Below, piece by piece: positions 60,094-64,000 of a DNA stretch of 64,000 bases. Under the pieces are notes generated by a model that saw only the letters and a program-made list of their open reading frames with translations, searched no databases and was not told the DNA's origin. Source of the DNA: a virus (lineage: Duplodnaviria; Caudoviricetes); IMG/VR virus record IMGVR_UViG_3300034059_000003, positions 21,940-85,939 of that record; one strand, given 5' to 3'. Positions within the stretch are counted from its first letter, which is position 1. Every line of letters starts with the position of its first letter. Position numbers and translations under genes: made by a program.

Positions 60094-60735
60094 TTATTTA
60101 TTATTAATTTTTATTGTTAAAAACCCATTTGCAGATTTCTTTTTCCAGTGATCTTTCACTCCATGGAATTCAGTTGAGAAAAGAATATGTTCAACATTAT
60201 TCTCCTGACTATTTTGAAATTGATCAATCCACCATTGTATATTCTCGCGGATAATGTGAGTTATATCATGTTCATATATAGGTTCATTATATGAAAGTCC
60301 ATCACTACTTAAAGGAACTACGATAAACAGATTTTTAGTATGTTGACATAAATTGAATATCACACTTTTAATTTGATTATATGGAACATGTTCGAGAACG
60401 TCTTTACAGATTATCCAATCCCATATATGATAATTTTTCCATACGTCTGTATAAAAAACAAATTCTTCTATTTCTCTTGGAACCTGGTGAACTGCATACT
60501 CACTTATATCATATCCCCAACAGTTTATATCAAGGAGTCGCATTGCTTTAACAAGATATCCTTTCGCACAACCAAAATCAAGAACACGATCTTTTGTTGA
60601 TATCTCAAGATTTTTAATGATATTATGAGCCATAGGGATTGTTAATTCAGGGATCCACCTGTAATTTGAATAAAGACTCTTTCCAGATTGAATACCGTAT
60701 TCAAAATATTCTTCATCAAATTTCTCTTTCATCAT
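60094..60735 (-). CDS. Class I SAM-dependent methyltransferase (213 aa)
   Basis: VLDFGCAKGYLV, GYDISEYA and WIICKDVLEHVP motifs. Confidence 0.9.
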   Translation of the reverse strand: MMKEKFDEEYFEYGIQSGKSLYSNYRWIPELTIPMAHNIIKNLEISTKDRVLDFGCAKGYLVKAMRLLDINCWGYDISEYAVHQVPREIEEFVFYTDVWKNYHIWDWIICKDVLEHVPYNQIKSVIFNLCQHTKNLFIVVPLSSDGLSYNEPIYEHDITHIIRENIQWWIDQFQNSQENNVEHILFSTEFHGVKDHWKKKSANGFLTIKINNK

Positions 60736-61748
60736 ACAAAGTTTATATGTTCAATGATATTATCTGTATTACACTCAATAGATGTAAATGGAGAATCAGA
60801 ATTGAAGATATGGTCAAGGAGATCCACGTTCTTATGGAATACACAACCGGTACATTCTCTTGCATCGAAAGGTTGTTTTATCTCATGACTCATATAATCA
60901 TTTATCTTGTCAGCTGGACAAAGGGCATATTTCATGTCAAATAGACCATTGTTGTCAATTAAAGGAACACTATCACATGGAAACACTGTACCACCATTTA
61001 TCTCGCTGAGATATGGTCTAAAATAACTCTGGTGACATATAGAACAAGATGGAGCTTTTTTTACTTTCTCCTGTACGAAAAATCTTTTATCATTTAACTT
61101 ATGACAGAAGTTATACAGTACATCATATTGATATTTGAGTTCATTATTTGTTAATGCACAATCAGGTAATAATCTTACATACTTTGCATCAAATAAATCA
61201 GCAAGTCGGATTAATTCATCTGGTTGAAAATTTTTGTTTTCATCTGCATAAATTAAACTCATACCAATTGTACATCCTTTGTAAAAAGAATAATCTCTTT
61301 CAAGAAACTTATTTGTTATAACTTTCCTATTGATACTTATTCTTATCCAGGAAGCCATTAGATGACTTAAGAGATCGAGATTAGTTCCATTTGTTATAAT
61401 TGCATATTCGAGGCCTTTACTCTCTACAAAATGTACCATTTGAAGAAAATCAGGATGCAATGTTGGTTCACCACCACCAGTAAATATTACTGCCTTACAT
61501 CCGAGTTCTACAATATCGGTTATATACTTATTGAATGTTTCAAGAAAGATACTTTCAAATGTATTACGTTTACTTACACTACAGTAATCACAATTAAGAT
61601 TACATTTCCCGATAGGAGATATATGAGTTGATATTATTGTACTTCTTATATGGAAGTTATAAAAAGTCAACTGGTCCAAATGTTTCAAAAACTTAACTCC
61701 GGTCGATGTGTAGACATCTTCCAGTGATGTAGTTCTCTTTGTAATCAT
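60732..61748 (-). CDS. Radical SAM enzyme with a C-terminal SPASM/twitch-like Cys region (338 aa)
   Basis: CNLNCDYC, FTGGGEPTLHP, IITNG and WIRISI, then C-terminal CHQSY...VFPC...CTGC. Confidence 0.9.
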   Translation of the reverse strand: MITKRTTSLEDVYTSTGVKFLKHLDQLTFYNFHIRSTIISTHISPIGKCNLNCDYCSVSKRNTFESIFLETFNKYITDIVELGCKAVIFTGGGEPTLHPDFLQMVHFVESKGLEYAIITNGTNLDLLSHLMASWIRISINRKVITNKFLERDYSFYKGCTIGMSLIYADENKNFQPDELIRLADLFDAKYVRLLPDCALTNNELKYQYDVLYNFCHKLNDKRFFVQEKVKKAPSCSICHQSYFRPYLSEINGGTVFPCDSVPLIDNNGLFDMKYALCPADKINDYMSHEIKQPFDARECTGCVFHKNVDLLDHIFNSDSPFTSIECNTDNIIEHINFV

Positions 61749-62535
61749 ATTTTATAGCATGAGGTATTAAATGAGCATAGTTTTTACTTATCTCAAGATT
61801 TAAGTTATTCCTTTTGTAATCCCATGAGACCCATTTCTTTTCAAACCAATCTTCATTGGGTATTGAATCTCCAATCAAAGGAGAATTTCCAATAGCAAGA
61901 ATGTGTTTATAGAACATACCACGTATTGAAAGACAGAAACCATAATTATAGATAAATTCATCAATAAATAACATTCCTGGAAAGGATCCATTCTTACATG
62001 TATTTGGCATATTTCTACCACCACTAACCGAATAAAAGATTGCTCCAGGTCTTTCACGTAAAGGAATTATATATTTCTCAGATTTCCAAAATTCTATCTG
62101 ATAAGTACATAAAGGACTAAATAGAGATTTCTCAAGAGTATTTAAAAGAGGTTTAAGTTTCCCTTCCGGCCAAACCATATCTGGTTCCATCAACATAACA
62201 ACATTTATCTCTTTGTCAGAAAGGAATCCTTTAATGAAATTAAATAATATGGTGAATTGGTTATCTGGTTTTGGAAGATTCATACAGAATGAAAATATCT
62301 TTTGTGGTCTATTCTCTTTCTGGTATTTTAATTCCATATCTTTTACTATATGTACGGATCTATCTATTGGACAAGGGATATTTATTTTTTTCCCTTTATA
62401 CATTACACTATCAAAACCTCCCCATGGTATATCTGAATACATCACGAAAACCATATCAATATCATCAATAATACTGTTTATCGATTTCTCAATAAAGTCC
62501 TCACCATAGTACATTCTGTAAATAGCAATATTCAT
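61693..62535 (-). CDS. Glycosyltransferase-like (GT-A/GT2-related) protein (280 aa)
   Basis: YYGEDFIEKSINSIIDDIDMVFVMYS start, typical of GT2-like folds, and LMEPDMVW at the DxD position. Confidence 0.55.
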   Translation of the reverse strand: MNIAIYRMYYGEDFIEKSINSIIDDIDMVFVMYSDIPWGGFDSVMYKGKKINIPCPIDRSVHIVKDMELKYQKENRPQKIFSFCMNLPKPDNQFTILFNFIKGFLSDKEINVVMLMEPDMVWPEGKLKPLLNTLEKSLFSPLCTYQIEFWKSEKYIIPLRERPGAIFYSVSGGRNMPNTCKNGSFPGMLFIDEFIYNYGFCLSIRGMFYKHILAIGNSPLIGDSIPNEDWFEKKWVSWDYKRNNLNLEISKNYAHLIPHAIKYDYKENYITGRCLHIDRS

Positions 62536-63278
62536 TTCTTTGATTTTTCATTTAAATAATGTCCAATTTGTCCGAATAATGTTTCAGACATATTCTGTCT
62601 TACTCTTTCAGAATCTTTGTAAGTATGTGTGTCAATATCATGAGTGTTATCTACTCTCCATTGAGCATAAGTTTCATCATATAATGTATTATCTTTTGAG
62701 AAATGATTATGTGAAATCTCAACCTCAGGGATATAAACTGCAACTCCAGCTCTTTTTGCTATATCAAAGACCCAGGTATCATGGAAGAAGAACCTAAAAT
62801 GTTCAGCTGTAAAACCGCCAAGAAGTGAAACCCAATGTTTTGAAATAACAGGAAAGGCACAATGATTAACACCATTTATCCCATCATTAAACCAATAACA
62901 GAAAAAAGGATGATTTTTTTCGTTTATCTTTTCTTCCAGGATCTTATCCCAATTTTGAGTTGTATAAATAAGATCATCGTTACCCATGATAAACCAGTCT
63001 GCACTATCACACCATCGTCTTAACTTGGCAAGATCATTCCATATAGCACCAACAGATTTCTGATCACTTTCAAACATAGTTAGTCTCACATTATCTGGTT
63101 TCCTTGATAGAGCAAGACTAAGTAAATCGTAGTATTCACTTTTGTGTGGATCATTGTTATCTATTTCAAAGTCGAAATATATTTGGTTGTCTGGACTTAC
63201 CGTTTTACAAACACTTTCAAAAAAATTAAAAAGACCTTTTGATCTTCCTCTACTTGGTGTAAGAATCGCAATTTTCAT
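62532..63278 (-). CDS. Family-2 glycosyltransferase (248 aa)
   Basis: IAILTPSRGR...IDNNDP...VGAIWNDLA...FIMGNDDL...FPVIS...FHDTW...IEISHNH. Confidence 0.8.
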   Translation of the reverse strand: MKIAILTPSRGRSKGLFNFFESVCKTVSPDNQIYFDFEIDNNDPHKSEYYDLLSLALSRKPDNVRLTMFESDQKSVGAIWNDLAKLRRWCDSADWFIMGNDDLIYTTQNWDKILEEKINEKNHPFFCYWFNDGINGVNHCAFPVISKHWVSLLGGFTAEHFRFFFHDTWVFDIAKRAGVAVYIPEVEISHNHFSKDNTLYDETYAQWRVDNTHDIDTHTYKDSERVRQNMSETLFGQIGHYLNEKSKK

Positions 63279-63615
63279 GTTTCTCTCTTTTGGTTAGTAT
63301 TTTTAAAAAAAGATTTTTTATTCCTTGTGTATTTGGTGTTCTAAATGATGTTCCCATGACATAGAATACGATATCTCTTGTCTTTGTATCAGAATCTATA
63401 TCCGGATCACACCAGAAACCAGTTATCATGTTTTCATCAACGAAAAACGGAGTTAATTTGTAGGCAATATTATAATCAATCTTTTCGATATTATTCTTTT
63501 CAAATCCAAGAAGATTATTTTCCTTAATGAGTTTATCTTGAGTCTTCTCTTTCTCTAAGATCATTTCATTATCCATGATATAAATAGATAGTTCTATCAT
63601 ATATATTACCTCCAA
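63250..63615 (-). CDS. Hypothetical protein (likely start at 63600)
   Basis: ORF in the track; GGAGGT lies just upstream of the ATG at 63600. Confidence 0.5.
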   Translation of the reverse strand: MEVIYMIELSIYIMDNEMILEKEKTQDKLIKENNLLGFEKNNIEKIDYNIAYKLTPFFVDENMITGFWCDPDIDSDTKTRDIVFYVMGTSFRTPNTQGIKNLFLKILTKREKHENCDSYTK

Positions 63616-63743
63616 TTATCGATTTGACGAAGTGGTTCTCTATTTGGATTCTCCTGTGAAGTTATACACATTTTTGTAAATAACATTAATGACCAGAGTA
63701 TCAATGCTAATATTAAATATTTACTTAATCTCTTTGGTTTCAT
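63606..63743 (-). CDS. Small membrane peptide (45 aa, below the track cutoff)
   Basis: MKPKRLSKYLILALILWSLMLFTKMCITSQENPNREPLRQIDNWR*, filling the gap between neighbouring genes. Confidence 0.4.
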   Translation of the reverse strand: MKPKRLSKYLILALILWSLMLFTKMCITSQENPNREPLRQIDNWR

Positions 63744-63952
63744 AGTTAATTGAATGTCATAAAACATGATAGAAAACGTAAAGACCCATTATCTGCGAAT
63801 AATGGATATAGAAATTCCAATTGAAATTCATCAAAGAAGATCAAAGGTTGTCTTGAAGGTATCTTCCATAAATCAATTTCGTTCATCTGGTATATTTTTA
63901 AAGAAGTCATCAAATTCATTTGCAACAGACCGATGCTCAGAAGCCTTTGTAG

Positions 63953-64000
63953 CTGTCTCTTATACACATCTGACGCTGCCGACGAAGAGGATAGTGTAGA
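63953..64000 (+). other. Illumina Nextera adapter read-through (technical artefact)
   Basis: CTGTCTCTTATACACATCT (Tn5 mosaic end), GACGCTGCCGACGA, the 8-nt index AGAGGATA, then GTGTAGA (start of the P5 reverse complement). Confidence 0.98.

Noticed and set aside
63953-63971. Tn5/IS50 transposon end
   Set aside because: It is followed by the Nextera primer, index and P5 sequence, so it is library adapter rather than a genomic mobile element.
377-63999. Numerous short plus-strand ORFs and short alternate-frame minus-strand ORFs in the track
   Set aside because: They overlap long, motif-bearing minus-strand genes and have no recognisable motifs; they are shadow ORFs.

Overview
The window is 64 kb of an AT-rich crAss-like phage (Crassvirales-type podovirus), probably infecting Bacteroidota. 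Essentially all genes are on the minus strand. Reading in the direction of transcription (right to left): (1) a glycan-chemistry cluster with two glycosyltransferase-like genes, a radical SAM enzyme, a SAM methyltransferase and a UDP-glucose/GDP-mannose dehydrogenase; (2) SSB (DUF3127-like), GroES and HU/IHF-like genes; (3) terminase with a LAGLIDADG intein, portal, scaffold-like protein, major capsid protein, ring proteins and auxiliary capsid protein; (4) an expanded tail/fibre block with a GPT-collagen fibre, a permuted FISUMP lectin, a three-domain glycosyltransferase and three fibre/depolymerase-like proteins with signal peptides; (5) a lysis cassette; (6) a muzzle gene split by an FN3-FISUMP adhesin; (7) cargo proteins; (8) a giant virion RNA polymerase polyprotein of at least 5537 aa. 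The ORF track missed this last gene because it runs off the left edge. It carries an SF1 helicase with an HNH intein, two zincin motifs, the RNAP and a RecB-like nuclease. The last 48 nt are a Nextera adapter, not phage DNA. The best candidates for new biology are a phage-encoded virion-fibre glycosylation system, Sec-exported tail-fibre-like proteins, the split adhesin-bearing muzzle and the multi-enzyme ejected polyprotein. Family assignments rest on motifs I read in the translations and on remembered crAss gene order; no database searches were run.
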